Positions 20,775 through 30,909 of a stretch of DNA of 64,000 nucleotides are shown piece by piece. The notes under the pieces were generated by a model that saw only the letters and a list, made by a program, of their open reading frames with translations, did no database searches and was not told the DNA's origin. A program made the position numbers and the translations under genes. This DNA comes from a virus. Taxonomy: Duplodnaviria > Caudoviricetes. Where the stretch lies: IMG/VR virus record IMGVR_UViG_3300030376_008307, positions 1 to 64,000 of that record; one strand, written 5' to 3'. Positions within the stretch are counted from its first letter, which is position 1, and the number at the start of each line of letters is the position of its first letter.

Positions 20775-21745
20775 TGACTTATATACCTAAATCACAAATA
20801 AAAGAAAACCAATTTACCGGTGGGAATGAATGGTATTATATTAAGAATAATTCTTCTTACACGGGATTTTATTATGTGTTATCTAATGGTAAAGCTTTTA
20901 CGGGTAAAAACCCAAATGATCCCCCAAATGATGAAATAATTAAAAAAGATTTAATTGCTTCTCCTCAAGTAATAAAAGATGTAAATGTTGACTTTTCAAA
21001 TGAAGTAGCATATGCAGATAATTGGGATGGTCCTATCTTTAAAGGAGGTCCAAATCAAAATACTAAAGATGTAGAAATATATGGAATATTAACTGATACT
21101 GATTATAATTTAGTTAGATCAAAACCTCAATATTCTCCTACATTTCCAACACCTGAAGATTACGAAAAAAAAATGTTTGTAAGATATTTTGTATGTAAAA
21201 TAAATCAATTAGAATATTTAGAAGTTAATAAAGAAACTTACGATAATATTTTTACCCAAAATAAAGTATGGATGTGGGAAGATTATGTACCTTTTACTTT
21301 AAATTGGTATATAAATGGAAATATTGATAGGGTATTTAATAATAATAAAGGATCTATTTTTATAAAAGAAAGAGAAATAAATAAAAAAGGATTAGAAGAT
21401 TATTTAGGAAAACAATATTTAGAATATTTTAAATATGAAGAAGCAAGTAACTTAAATACAACTGGAGGAGAATTAATTACTCCTACAGGCCAAGATTATG
21501 TAGGTCCTTATCACATCCATGAATTTCAAGGACCAATGGAAGGAGCTATACACACATCAACAGCTCATAGAAAACTATTCTATAGAAGATTCTACAGGGG
21601 TGAAATAGTTGATTCTTTAAATCAAGAGGGAGTAATTGAAACGGGGGAAACACAAGCAGTAGAATTTACAACAAACATTTCAACAGATCCTAATTATATA
21701 CCTCCATCACCTAGTGGGGGATCTTCAAGTGGAGGTGGATATTAG
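20774..21745 (+). CDS. Hypothetical baseplate/virion protein
   Basis: FTGGNE and YVGPYH..GPMEGA.H segments; end of structural block. Confidence 0.5.
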   Translation: MTYIPKSQIKENQFTGGNEWYYIKNNSSYTGFYYVLSNGKAFTGKNPNDPPNDEIIKKDLIASPQVIKDVNVDFSNEVAYADNWDGPIFKGGPNQNTKDVEIYGILTDTDYNLVRSKPQYSPTFPTPEDYEKKMFVRYFVCKINQLEYLEVNKETYDNIFTQNKVWMWEDYVPFTLNWYINGNIDRVFNNNKGSIFIKEREINKKGLEDYLGKQYLEYFKYEEASNLNTTGGELITPTGQDYVGPYHIHEFQGPMEGAIHTSTAHRKLFYRRFYRGEIVDSLNQEGVIETGETQAVEFTTNISTDPNYIPPSPSGGSSSGGGY

Positions 21746-21776
21746 ATAAATCCTTCATATATTAAAATAAAAAGTT

Positions 21777-23036
21777 ATGTTTTGGTTAGTTGAAAGTAAA
21801 GTTCAATTTGAACAATTTACAAATGCTAATTGGGAAGAAGTTTTTATAGAAGTAATTCCAAATAGTTATTTAATACACCCTGCACAAAATAGTATTTGTG
21901 CTTTGTATATTAGACCGTTAGTATCAACTAAAGGATTTATTGTCCCACTATCACATAGTGAAACTTTAAATATAAATATAACGGAGATAAACACGATGTT
22001 ACATAAATTTAGTAGCATATATGTGCGTGATAAGAAGGAATTTTTACATTATTTACCATTAAAAGGCCTCTTTGACATAAACCAACAAAACCCTCCGTAT
22101 ATACCAGAACTACTACAAACACATCACATTTTTAATAGGAGATATCCTAATAAAAAAGATGTAAATAGAATTATACCTATAGTCAAACATTATGAGTATT
22201 GTGAAGAAATATATAATAACCTTAAAGATAAAATAAATGGAAAAATCAATGAATTCTACAATGACAAATCTTCAGTGGTTTTCAACGCCATCGAAAGAAG
22301 TGGCATACGAGTTGATAAATCAAAATTCGAATCGCACTTTCATGATATCGACGAAGATTACGTCTACACGCAGTACAACTTTAAAACCCTCACAGGAAGA
22401 CCAAGTAATAAATTTAAAGGAGTAAATTATGCCGCACTTAACAAAGAAAACGGACAAAGAGAGTGTTTTATCCCTCGTAATGACAATTTTATTGAGTTTG
22501 ACATTGGGGCTTACCATCCTACTTTGTTGGCTAAGTTGGTGGATTATGATTTTGGTGATAAGGATGTTCATATGGCCTTTGCGGAAATGTATGGAGTGGA
22601 TTATAAAAAAGCAAAAGAATTAACATTTAAACAACTATATGGAGGAGTGTTTGATCAATATAGGGATTTAGAGTTTTTTCAAAAAGTACAAGTATATACT
22701 GATAATTTATGGCAAGAATTTGAGGAAAAAGGCTGGGTTGAGTGTCCTATTTCAAAACATCGATTTGAGAAAGATAAGCTTGGTGAAATGAAACCGCAAA
22801 AATTATTAAATTATTTATTACAAAATTTGGAGACGAGTATGAATGTTCATATATTGTGGGAAATAATAAGGTTATTACGAAATAAAAAAACAAAGATAGT
22901 TTTATATACTTATGATTCGTTTTTATTTGATGTAGATAAAGAAGAAGAAGATGTGTTGGATGAAATAAAAGAACTATTTAATAAATACAAACTACAAATA
23001 AAAACATGCTATGGAAGCAACTACAATTTTAAATAA
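21777..23036 (+). CDS. Compact family A DNA polymerase-like protein
   Basis: TLTGRPS; motif A EFDIGAYH; motif B KKAKELTFKQLYG; motif C variant YTYDSFLFD. Confidence 0.75.
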   Translation: MFWLVESKVQFEQFTNANWEEVFIEVIPNSYLIHPAQNSICALYIRPLVSTKGFIVPLSHSETLNINITEINTMLHKFSSIYVRDKKEFLHYLPLKGLFDINQQNPPYIPELLQTHHIFNRRYPNKKDVNRIIPIVKHYEYCEEIYNNLKDKINGKINEFYNDKSSVVFNAIERSGIRVDKSKFESHFHDIDEDYVYTQYNFKTLTGRPSNKFKGVNYAALNKENGQRECFIPRNDNFIEFDIGAYHPTLLAKLVDYDFGDKDVHMAFAEMYGVDYKKAKELTFKQLYGGVFDQYRDLEFFQKVQVYTDNLWQEFEEKGWVECPISKHRFEKDKLGEMKPQKLLNYLLQNLETSMNVHILWEIIRLLRNKKTKIVLYTYDSFLFDVDKEEEDVLDEIKELFNKYKLQIKTCYGSNYNFK

Positions 23037-23484
23037 AACTCCTAATATGTATACTATGGACGATTTTTCGGACATTACTAATCAAAACCTAGGAGATTTG
23101 AATAACAAGTTATTTTGCACATTCACAACTTTAGAGAATTTAGATTTACTTCTAAAGTCTATTACAGACAAATACAATATAATGTATAATAAAATATTTG
23201 TTTTGTATGTAAAGGAAAATGATGAATATGTTTGCACTTATAACATAGATCAAGGCAATATCTCTGACCTACCAGACAACACAATTTTAGTTCATAGAAA
23301 AAAAGAAACAAATACATTGTATACTATTAATGCTTTAAATGAACTTATTAAAAAATTAAACGGAGGAGTAGTAGATACTAAGTTTCCTATAACTTGGGAA
23401 CACTACAAAAATTCCGTACTGTTAACTCAACATGATGAGTTAAAACAGTTAAAAACAAAAATACATAAGATAATTGAACTATAG
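23011..23484 (+). CDS. Conserved phage hypothetical protein (start may be 23047 or 23056)
   Basis: NKLFCTF...HRKKETNTLYTINALN. Confidence 0.6.
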   Translation: MEATTILNKTPNMYTMDDFSDITNQNLGDLNNKLFCTFTTLENLDLLLKSITDKYNIMYNKIFVLYVKENDEYVCTYNIDQGNISDLPDNTILVHRKKETNTLYTINALNELIKKLNGGVVDTKFPITWEHYKNSVLLTQHDELKQLKTKIHKIIEL

Positions 23485-23548
23485 TTTGGTTGTTTAAAGT
23501 ATTTGTTGTATATTACTCACAGTTTTAAAATAAATTAAAAGTTATAAT

Positions 23549-24376
23549 ATGGATTTAAATCAGATTAAACAAAAGTTAGAGTCACTTCAGACTCAATCAA
23601 ACACAAACAAAGGTGGTGGAAAATCAATTTTTTGGAAACCATCAGTAGGTAAACAACAAGTTAGAGTTGTTCCTAACAAATACAATAAGTCATTCCCTTT
23701 TACTGAAATGATGTTTTATTATGGTATAGGACAGAGAGTAATGGCTTCTCCCTTGAATTGGGGTGAAAAAGATCCAATTCAAGAATTTACAAAACAACTA
23801 CGTGCTAGTGGAGATAAAGAAAATTGGTATTTAGCTAAAAAGTTAGATGCTAAAACTCGTATTTTTGCTCCTGTAATTGTAAGAGGTGAAGAAGCAGAAG
23901 GTGTTAAATTATGGCAATTTGGTAAAGAAGTTTATCAAGCGTTTTTAAATTTAGCAGCTGATGATGAAATTGGAGATTATACTGAAGCATCAAGTGGTAG
24001 AGATATTAAATTAACTACAGTAGGACCTGAAGTAACAGGTACTCCTTATAATAAAACAACTATTTCACCATCAATGAAAGTATCACCTATTAGTAGTGAT
24101 GCTGCTTTAGTTACTAAAATATTAGATGACCAACCAGATCCTAAAAATGTATTTAAAAGACTTACTTTTGATGAAGTAAAAGCAAATTTACAATCTTTCT
24201 TACAACCAGAAGGTGAAAGTGAAGGAGATATTGTTTCTGAACCAGCAGTGGGGTTTGATAATGATACATCAAACAATTACTCACTTGAAGGTAAAGATAC
24301 AACTTCAAAATCAGATAAATTTGATGCTTTATTTGATGATAAAAAGTCTTCAACTGATGATGATTTACCATTTTAA
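23549..24376 (+). CDS. Single-stranded DNA-binding protein (gp32-like)
   Basis: FWKP and GVKLWQFGK motifs; acidic tail DDDLPF. Confidence 0.8.
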   Translation: MDLNQIKQKLESLQTQSNTNKGGGKSIFWKPSVGKQQVRVVPNKYNKSFPFTEMMFYYGIGQRVMASPLNWGEKDPIQEFTKQLRASGDKENWYLAKKLDAKTRIFAPVIVRGEEAEGVKLWQFGKEVYQAFLNLAADDEIGDYTEASSGRDIKLTTVGPEVTGTPYNKTTISPSMKVSPISSDAALVTKILDDQPDPKNVFKRLTFDEVKANLQSFLQPEGESEGDIVSEPAVGFDNDTSNNYSLEGKDTTSKSDKFDALFDDKKSSTDDDLPF

Positions 24377-24379
24377 AAT

Positions 24380-25456
24380 ATGGCTAAAAAGAAAAAATCA
24401 CTTACAGAAGCTGCCTCTAAAGAACTTAGATCAAAATTTGATCTAGGTGCCTTTAAGGACAAAAAAGGTTTAAGACAAAATGTCAAGTTTAAAGACCAGG
24501 AATGGATCCCTTTATCTTCAGCATTTCAAGATGTTACTTCAATCCCTGGTATTCCTATGGGACATATTGTACTTCTTAGAGGTCATTCTGATACAGGTAA
24601 AACTACTGCATTATTAGAAGCTGCTGTAGCAGCTCAAAAACGTCAAATACTCCCTGTGTTTATTATTACTGAGATGAAATGGTCTTGGGATCATGCTAAA
24701 ATGATGGGTATGGATGTTAAAGAAATAGTTGATAAAGAAACAGGTGAAATTACTAATTATGAAGGTAATTTTATTTATGTAGATAGAGAAACTATTAATT
24801 CAATTGAGGATGTAGCAGGATTTATTTTAGATTTAATGGATGAACAGAAAAAAGGTAATTTACCTTATGATTTACTTTTCTTATGGGATTCTATAGGATC
24901 AGTACCTTGTGAAATGTCTATTAAATCAAATAAAAATAATAATGAATGGAATGCAGGTGCTATGTCAACTCAATTTGGTAATAGCGTAAATCAACGTATT
25001 ACATTGTCACGTAAAGAATCATCTCCATATACTAATACACTTGTATGTATTAATAAAGTTTGGACATTAAAAGCAGAATCTCCAATGGGTCAACCTAAGT
25101 TGATGAATAAAGGGGGATATGCAATGTGGTTTGATTCTACATTTGTAGTTACATTTGGTAATGTAATGTCTGCAGGTACCTCTAAAATAAAAGCAATTAA
25201 AGATGGTAAACAAGTTGAATTTGCTAAAAGAGTAAATATTCAAATTGATAAAAACCACATTAATGGTGTTACTACAAGAGGTAAAATTGTTATGACTCCT
25301 CATGGATTTATTAATGATAATGATAGAGAGTTAAAAGGTTATAAAGATGCTAGAAAAGATGATTGGGCTGCTATTTTAGGTGGTGGTGATTTCAGAGTAG
25401 TAGAAGAAGATCAATCCTACACTGATATAACATCTTTTGGAGAAGAACCACAATAA
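24380..25456 (+). CDS. RecA/UvsX-like recombinase
   Basis: GIPMGHIVLLRGHSDTGKT (Walker A), LFLWDSIG (Walker B), KNH. Confidence 0.88.
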   Translation: MAKKKKSLTEAASKELRSKFDLGAFKDKKGLRQNVKFKDQEWIPLSSAFQDVTSIPGIPMGHIVLLRGHSDTGKTTALLEAAVAAQKRQILPVFIITEMKWSWDHAKMMGMDVKEIVDKETGEITNYEGNFIYVDRETINSIEDVAGFILDLMDEQKKGNLPYDLLFLWDSIGSVPCEMSIKSNKNNNEWNAGAMSTQFGNSVNQRITLSRKESSPYTNTLVCINKVWTLKAESPMGQPKLMNKGGYAMWFDSTFVVTFGNVMSAGTSKIKAIKDGKQVEFAKRVNIQIDKNHINGVTTRGKIVMTPHGFINDNDRELKGYKDARKDDWAAILGGGDFRVVEEDQSYTDITSFGEEPQ

Positions 25457-25508
25457 ATTTTGATACCCGGAATATCTTTCGTATATTCCGGGAATAAAAT
25501 CACACCAT

Positions 25509-26540
25509 ATGAAACAAAAAGAACTATTTAGTCTTCTGGACAGTATCCAGGAGCAAGGCCCAGAGACTGAAACTCATGAAAGAATATTATTTATAGATGG
25601 TTTAAATTTATTCTTTAGAAATTTTGCTGTATTAAATATGGTAAATCCTTTAGGCATTCATATTGGAGGTTTGGGTGGCTTCTTTCGTTCTTTAGGAGCT
25701 ATGATTAGACAAATAAATCCTACTCAAGTTTATGTAGTATTTGATGGTGCTGGTTCTGCTAATAATAGAAAAAATATAATGCCTGAGTATAAATCAGGTA
25801 GAGATCTTCAACGTATTACTAATTGGGATGCATTTGATGATAAAGATGATGAGGATGATGCTAAGGTAGACCAAATGGTTAGAATTATTCAATATTTAAA
25901 AACATTACCTGTTAAAACTGTAAGTATTGATAAGGTAGAAGCTGATGATATTATAGCATATTTAAGTAAAACAATTCCCCAACATCCTAAAGATAAGGCA
26001 TTTATTATATCTTCAGATAAAGACTTTTTACAATTAGTTAGTGATAATGTTATTGTTTATCGTCCTATGGAAAAGGAGTACTACACAGCCCAAACTGTAA
26101 TTGATAAATATAAAATATCTCCCCATAATTTTATTTTACATAAAACATTATTAGGTGATAATTCTGATAAAATTAAAGGTGTTAAAGGATTAGGTGAAAA
26201 AGGTTTATTAAAAAAATTTCCTGAATTAGTAGAAAAAGATATGAATTGGGATGATATATTAAATATTTGTGAAAATAAAATATCTGACCATGTTATATAT
26301 GCTAGAATAATTCATGGTCAAGATGATTTAGAAAAAAATTATAAAATAATGGATTTAAGTAATCCTATGCTTAGTAAGGAAGACAAAGAATGGTTAGATA
26401 AGGTAGTAGAATCAAACGACCTTTCGTATTATCCCGATCAATTCATAGCAATGTATAATGAAGACCAAATGGGTGGTTTAATTAGAAATGTTGAGTTTTG
26501 GGTTAAAGATTGTTTTCAAAATTTAGTTGTAAAAAAATAG
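25509..26540 (+). CDS. 5'-3' exonuclease (FEN/RNase H, PIN fold)
   Basis: IDGLN, VFDG, YKSGR, EADDII, SSDKDF and GDNSDKIKGVKGLG motifs. Confidence 0.92.
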   Translation: MKQKELFSLLDSIQEQGPETETHERILFIDGLNLFFRNFAVLNMVNPLGIHIGGLGGFFRSLGAMIRQINPTQVYVVFDGAGSANNRKNIMPEYKSGRDLQRITNWDAFDDKDDEDDAKVDQMVRIIQYLKTLPVKTVSIDKVEADDIIAYLSKTIPQHPKDKAFIISSDKDFLQLVSDNVIVYRPMEKEYYTAQTVIDKYKISPHNFILHKTLLGDNSDKIKGVKGLGEKGLLKKFPELVEKDMNWDDILNICENKISDHVIYARIIHGQDDLEKNYKIMDLSNPMLSKEDKEWLDKVVESNDLSYYPDQFIAMYNEDQMGGLIRNVEFWVKDCFQNLVVKK

Positions 26541-26544
26541 TTAT

Positions 26545-27918
26545 ATGACATTAACAAATTTAAATTCATATGGAACTAGCTTCCAAATTAAGGTAATTTC
26601 TTCTTTATTGACACATAAAGAATTTTTAGTAAATATTAACGATATGTTAGTTGAAGATTACTTTGATAACCAGGCCCATAAATGGATTATTAAAGAAATA
26701 TTAAGGTATTATGATAAATATCATACTACACCCTCAATGGAAACATTAGCTGTTGAATTACAAAAATGTGGGAATGAAGTTTTACAAATATCTATAAAGG
26801 AACAACTTAAAGAAGCTTACAAAAGTTCAAGTGATGATTTAAATTATGTACAAGAAGAATTTGCTGCCTTTTGTAAAAACCAACAATTAAAAGGAGCTTT
26901 ATTACAAAGTGTTGATTTACTAAAAGGTGGAGATTATGAATCTATTAGATCACTAATTAATAATGCAATTAAAGCTGGACAAGATAAAAATATAGGACAT
27001 GAATATGCTAAAGACGTTGAATCAAGATATAGAGAAGATAGTAGAACAACAATTAAAACCCCTTGGGATAAAATTAATCAATTACTTCAGGGAGGCCTCG
27101 GAAATGGAGATTTTGGCCTTATATTTGGTAATCCAGGGGGTGGTAAATCTTGGTCGTTAGTTGCATTAGGAGGACATGCGGTTAAATTAGGATATAATGT
27201 TTTACATTATACTTTAGAATTAGGAGAACAATATGTAGGAAGAAGATATGATGCTTTCTTTTCTAGGATAGGTGTAGATAAAATCCAAAAACATAAAGAT
27301 AAAATTGAAACCTTAATGAGTGATATAAAAGGAAATTTAATAATAAAAGAATTTCCTACAGGTAAAGCAACAATTACTACTATAGAATCGCATATCCAAA
27401 AAGTAAAAGATATGGGAATTGAACCTGATTTAATTATAATTGATTATGTTGATCTTCTTTCATCAAAAAGAAGGACTGTCGATCGTAAAGGTGAAATTGA
27501 TGATATTTATACTAGTACAAAAGGATTAGCTCGCGAGTTAGATATCCCGGTTTGGAGTGTATCTCAAGTAAATAGAGCTGGTGCTAAAGACAATATTGTA
27601 GAGGGAGATAAAGCAGCTGGGTCATATGATAAAATTATGATAACAGATGTTTGTATTTCTCTTTCTAGACAACGTAAAGATAAAGTAGAAGGAACGGGAA
27701 GATTCCATATTATGAAAAATCGATATGGGATGGATGGGTTAACATTTGGAGTTAAAGCAGATACATCTACAGGACATTTTGAAGTATCTAATGATCTTTA
27801 TAATGAAGAAGAAGATAGTACTGATAATACCCCAACCCCACAAACAAATAGTTTTAGTGGAATAGATAAATTTGATAGATCAGAGTTGCGTAATAAGTTT
27901 TTTGAATTAAATTCGTAA
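26545..27918 (+). CDS. Replicative DNA helicase (DnaB/gp41 family)
   Basis: GNPGGGKS, TLEL, IIIDYVDL, SQVNR, KNRYG. Confidence 0.92.
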   Translation: MTLTNLNSYGTSFQIKVISSLLTHKEFLVNINDMLVEDYFDNQAHKWIIKEILRYYDKYHTTPSMETLAVELQKCGNEVLQISIKEQLKEAYKSSSDDLNYVQEEFAAFCKNQQLKGALLQSVDLLKGGDYESIRSLINNAIKAGQDKNIGHEYAKDVESRYREDSRTTIKTPWDKINQLLQGGLGNGDFGLIFGNPGGGKSWSLVALGGHAVKLGYNVLHYTLELGEQYVGRRYDAFFSRIGVDKIQKHKDKIETLMSDIKGNLIIKEFPTGKATITTIESHIQKVKDMGIEPDLIIIDYVDLLSSKRRTVDRKGEIDDIYTSTKGLARELDIPVWSVSQVNRAGAKDNIVEGDKAAGSYDKIMITDVCISLSRQRKDKVEGTGRFHIMKNRYGMDGLTFGVKADTSTGHFEVSNDLYNEEEDSTDNTPTPQTNSFSGIDKFDRSELRNKFFELNS

Positions 27919-27936
27919 CATAATAAATAAAATAAA

Positions 27937-28923
27937 ATGGCAAAAAAAGACATAACAAAAGAAAGAATAGTATATAAACCCTTTGAATATCCAACAGCAT
28001 TTGATTATTGGTTAAAACAACAACAGGCACATTGGATTCATACAGAAGTTCCAATGATGAGTGATATTAATGATTGGAAACAAAATTTAACAGAAACAGA
28101 AAAAAATATTATAGGTTCGATTTTAAAGGGATTTGCCCAAACTGAAACAGTAGTTAATGATTATTGGACTGGATTAGTTACGAAATGGTTTAGAAAACCA
28201 GAAATTATTGCTATGGCAACTGTATTTGGTGCTATGGAAACTATTCATGCTGAAGCTTATAGTTTATTAAATGAAGAGTTAGGTTTAGATGATTTTTCTG
28301 AATTCCTAGAAGATGAAACTACAATGGCTAAAATTGAAACATTAATGAATGTTAGAGATTCATTTAATGGTAAAGTAGATTGGCATGAAAGAGCTAAATC
28401 ATTAGCTATATTTTCAGCATTTACTGAAGGAGTAAATTTATTTTCATCTTTTGCTGTTTTACTATCATTTAAATTAAGAAATAAATTAAAAGGTGTAGGA
28501 CAAATTGTTGAGTGGTCTATTAGAGATGAATCAATGCATTCAGATGCTGGATGTTGGTTATTTAGAACACTTTTAAAAGAAAAACCAGAATTAAAAACAC
28601 CAGAATTAGAAGCAGCAATTAATGAAGCTGCTTTACTTTCATTACAATTAGAATTAGATTTTATTGAAAAAGTATATGAGATGGGAGATTTAGAGGGTTG
28701 TAGTAAAGATGATTTAATTTCTTTTATTAAACATAGAGTAAATACTAAAATGGGTGATTTAGGTTATAGACCTATTGTTAATGGTATTGATGTAAAAGCA
28801 ATAGAAAGAATGAAATGGTTTGATCACTTATCAGCAGGAAAGCAACATACAGATTTCTTTGCAAATAGAGTAACAAATTATAGTAAAGGTGTACAAGATT
28901 GGGATGCGGCCGCAATATTTTAA
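27937..28923 (+). CDS. nrdB: Ribonucleotide reductase class Ia beta subunit
   Basis: ETIHAEAY, EGVNLFSSF, RDESMH, DFFANRVTNY. Confidence 0.95.
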   Translation: MAKKDITKERIVYKPFEYPTAFDYWLKQQQAHWIHTEVPMMSDINDWKQNLTETEKNIIGSILKGFAQTETVVNDYWTGLVTKWFRKPEIIAMATVFGAMETIHAEAYSLLNEELGLDDFSEFLEDETTMAKIETLMNVRDSFNGKVDWHERAKSLAIFSAFTEGVNLFSSFAVLLSFKLRNKLKGVGQIVEWSIRDESMHSDAGCWLFRTLLKEKPELKTPELEAAINEAALLSLQLELDFIEKVYEMGDLEGCSKDDLISFIKHRVNTKMGDLGYRPIVNGIDVKAIERMKWFDHLSAGKQHTDFFANRVTNYSKGVQDWDAAAIF

Positions 28924-28933
28924 AAAATAAAAA

Positions 28934-30646
28934 ATGGATAATAATAGTTTAGTAGCAGATTACTCCCTATGGGAGAAGGGTAAAGATTACCCAGAATTTA
29001 TGGATGAAGTAGCTTTATCAACAATTAGTAAAGGATATTTACTCCCAGGAGAAACACCTAAAAAAGCATATAGAAGGGTAGCCCATGCTGTAGCAGTTAG
29101 ATTAAATAGACCTGATTTAGAATCTAAGTTTTTTAAATATATTTGGAATGGTTGGATTGGATTAGCATCCCCAGTTTTATCAAATACAGGTACAGACAGA
29201 GGTTTACCTATTTCTTGTTTTGGTGTTGACACACCTGATTCAATTAGAGGAATTGGTTTAACTAATGCTGAATTAATGAAACTTACAGCTTCAGGAGGTG
29301 GAGTTGGTGTTTCTGTTTCAAGAATTAGACCAAGGGGGGCAGAAATTAGAGGTAATGGTAAGTCAGAAGGTGTAGTTCCATGGTGTAAGATTTATGATTC
29401 TGCTATTATAGCAACAAATCAAGGAAATGTAAGAAGAGGAGCAGCATCTGTTAATTTAAAAGTTAGCCATCCAGATATTGAAGAATACCTTCAAATTAGA
29501 AGACCAAAAGGTGATCCTAATAGACAATGTTTAAATTTACATCAGTGTGTTGTTGTTGATGATTCATTTATGAAAAAATTAAATGATAGAGATGAAACTG
29601 CAATGTCTATTTGGTTAGAAATTTTAAAGTCAAGAATGGAAACAGGAGAACCATATATTATGTTTGAGGATAATGTAAATAAAGATAATCCTTTAGCATA
29701 TATGATGAATAATCTTAATGTTTCAATGACAAATATTTGCACAGAAATAACACTTCATACTGATGAGGAACATTCATTTATATGTTGTTTATCTTCATTA
29801 AATTTATCAAAATATGATGAATGGAAAGAAACAGACGTTGTAGAAATTGCTACATATTTTTTAGATGGTGTTATGCAAGAATTTATTGATAAAACTAATG
29901 GAAAAGAAGCAATGAAGCGTACTCATAAACATGCTAAAAAAGGAAGAGCATTAGGTTTAGGTGTAATGGGTTGGCATACTTTCTTACAAAAGAAAAATTT
30001 ACCATTTAATTGCATTGCTTCTACAGCTTGGACTCATACTATAATGTCTAAAATTAGAAGTGAAGCAGAAGCAGCATCAAGAAAATTAGCCCAAGAATAT
30101 GGTGAACCTTTATGGTGTAAAGGAACAGGAATGAGAAATACTCATGTTTTAGCTATTGCACCAACAGTTTCAAATTCAAGAATAGGAGGTTGTTCCGCAG
30201 GAATTGAACCACAACCAGCAAATGTTTATACATTCAATGGAGCTAAAGGTACTTTTATTGTTAAAAATCCAGAATTAGAAAAATTATTAATAGAAAAAAA
30301 TAAAAATACAAGTAAAGTTTGGGATCAAATTTTAGCAGATGAAGGTTCTGTACAAAATCTACCAGCTGATACATTATCAGAAGATGAAAAAGAAGTATTT
30401 TTAACTTTTGCAGAAACTAACCAATTAGCATTAGTTCAACAAGCAGCAATTAGGCAAAAATATATTGACCAAACCCAATCACTTAATTTAGCATTTTCTC
30501 CAACAGATTCCCCAAAATGGATTAATCAAGTTCATATGGAAGCCTGGAAATTAGGTGTGAAAACATTATATTATCTAAGAACTGACTCAGTAATTAAAGG
30601 AGATTTAGGATCTCGTATGGCTGATTGTGTTTCTTGCGACGGCTAG
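28934..30646 (+). CDS. nrdA: Ribonucleotide reductase class Ia alpha subunit
   Basis: ISCF, NICTEI, CCLSS, IAPT, DQTQSLN, KTLYYLR and C-terminal CVSCDG. Confidence 0.95.
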   Translation: MDNNSLVADYSLWEKGKDYPEFMDEVALSTISKGYLLPGETPKKAYRRVAHAVAVRLNRPDLESKFFKYIWNGWIGLASPVLSNTGTDRGLPISCFGVDTPDSIRGIGLTNAELMKLTASGGGVGVSVSRIRPRGAEIRGNGKSEGVVPWCKIYDSAIIATNQGNVRRGAASVNLKVSHPDIEEYLQIRRPKGDPNRQCLNLHQCVVVDDSFMKKLNDRDETAMSIWLEILKSRMETGEPYIMFEDNVNKDNPLAYMMNNLNVSMTNICTEITLHTDEEHSFICCLSSLNLSKYDEWKETDVVEIATYFLDGVMQEFIDKTNGKEAMKRTHKHAKKGRALGLGVMGWHTFLQKKNLPFNCIASTAWTHTIMSKIRSEAEAASRKLAQEYGEPLWCKGTGMRNTHVLAIAPTVSNSRIGGCSAGIEPQPANVYTFNGAKGTFIVKNPELEKLLIEKNKNTSKVWDQILADEGSVQNLPADTLSEDEKEVFLTFAETNQLALVQQAAIRQKYIDQTQSLNLAFSPTDSPKWINQVHMEAWKLGVKTLYYLRTDSVIKGDLGSRMADCVSCDG

Positions 30647-30690
30647 TATACTAGTAGTTATTTTCCATATATTTATAGTAAAACATTTAT

Positions 30691-30909
30691 ATGGAAAAGT
30701 TAACACAATTTTGGAATTGGCTTTTAAGTAAGACAACTCTAGACGAAAAAGCTGTTGAAGTTTATGTTGAAGTAAAAGATAGAGCTGGAGAAATGGCTGA
30801 TGAATTTAAAGATGTAAAAAAAGCTTTAAAAAATGTAGCTGCTCAATCTAAAGATGTTATTGATGCTTCTAAAGGTAAAAAACGAAGAGGTAGACCTAAA
30901 AAGAAATAA
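30691..30909 (+). CDS. Small hypothetical protein with basic C-terminus
   Basis: 72 aa ending KKRRGRPKKK. Confidence 0.55.
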   Translation: MEKLTQFWNWLLSKTTLDEKAVEVYVEVKDRAGEMADEFKDVKKALKNVAAQSKDVIDASKGKKRRGRPKKK

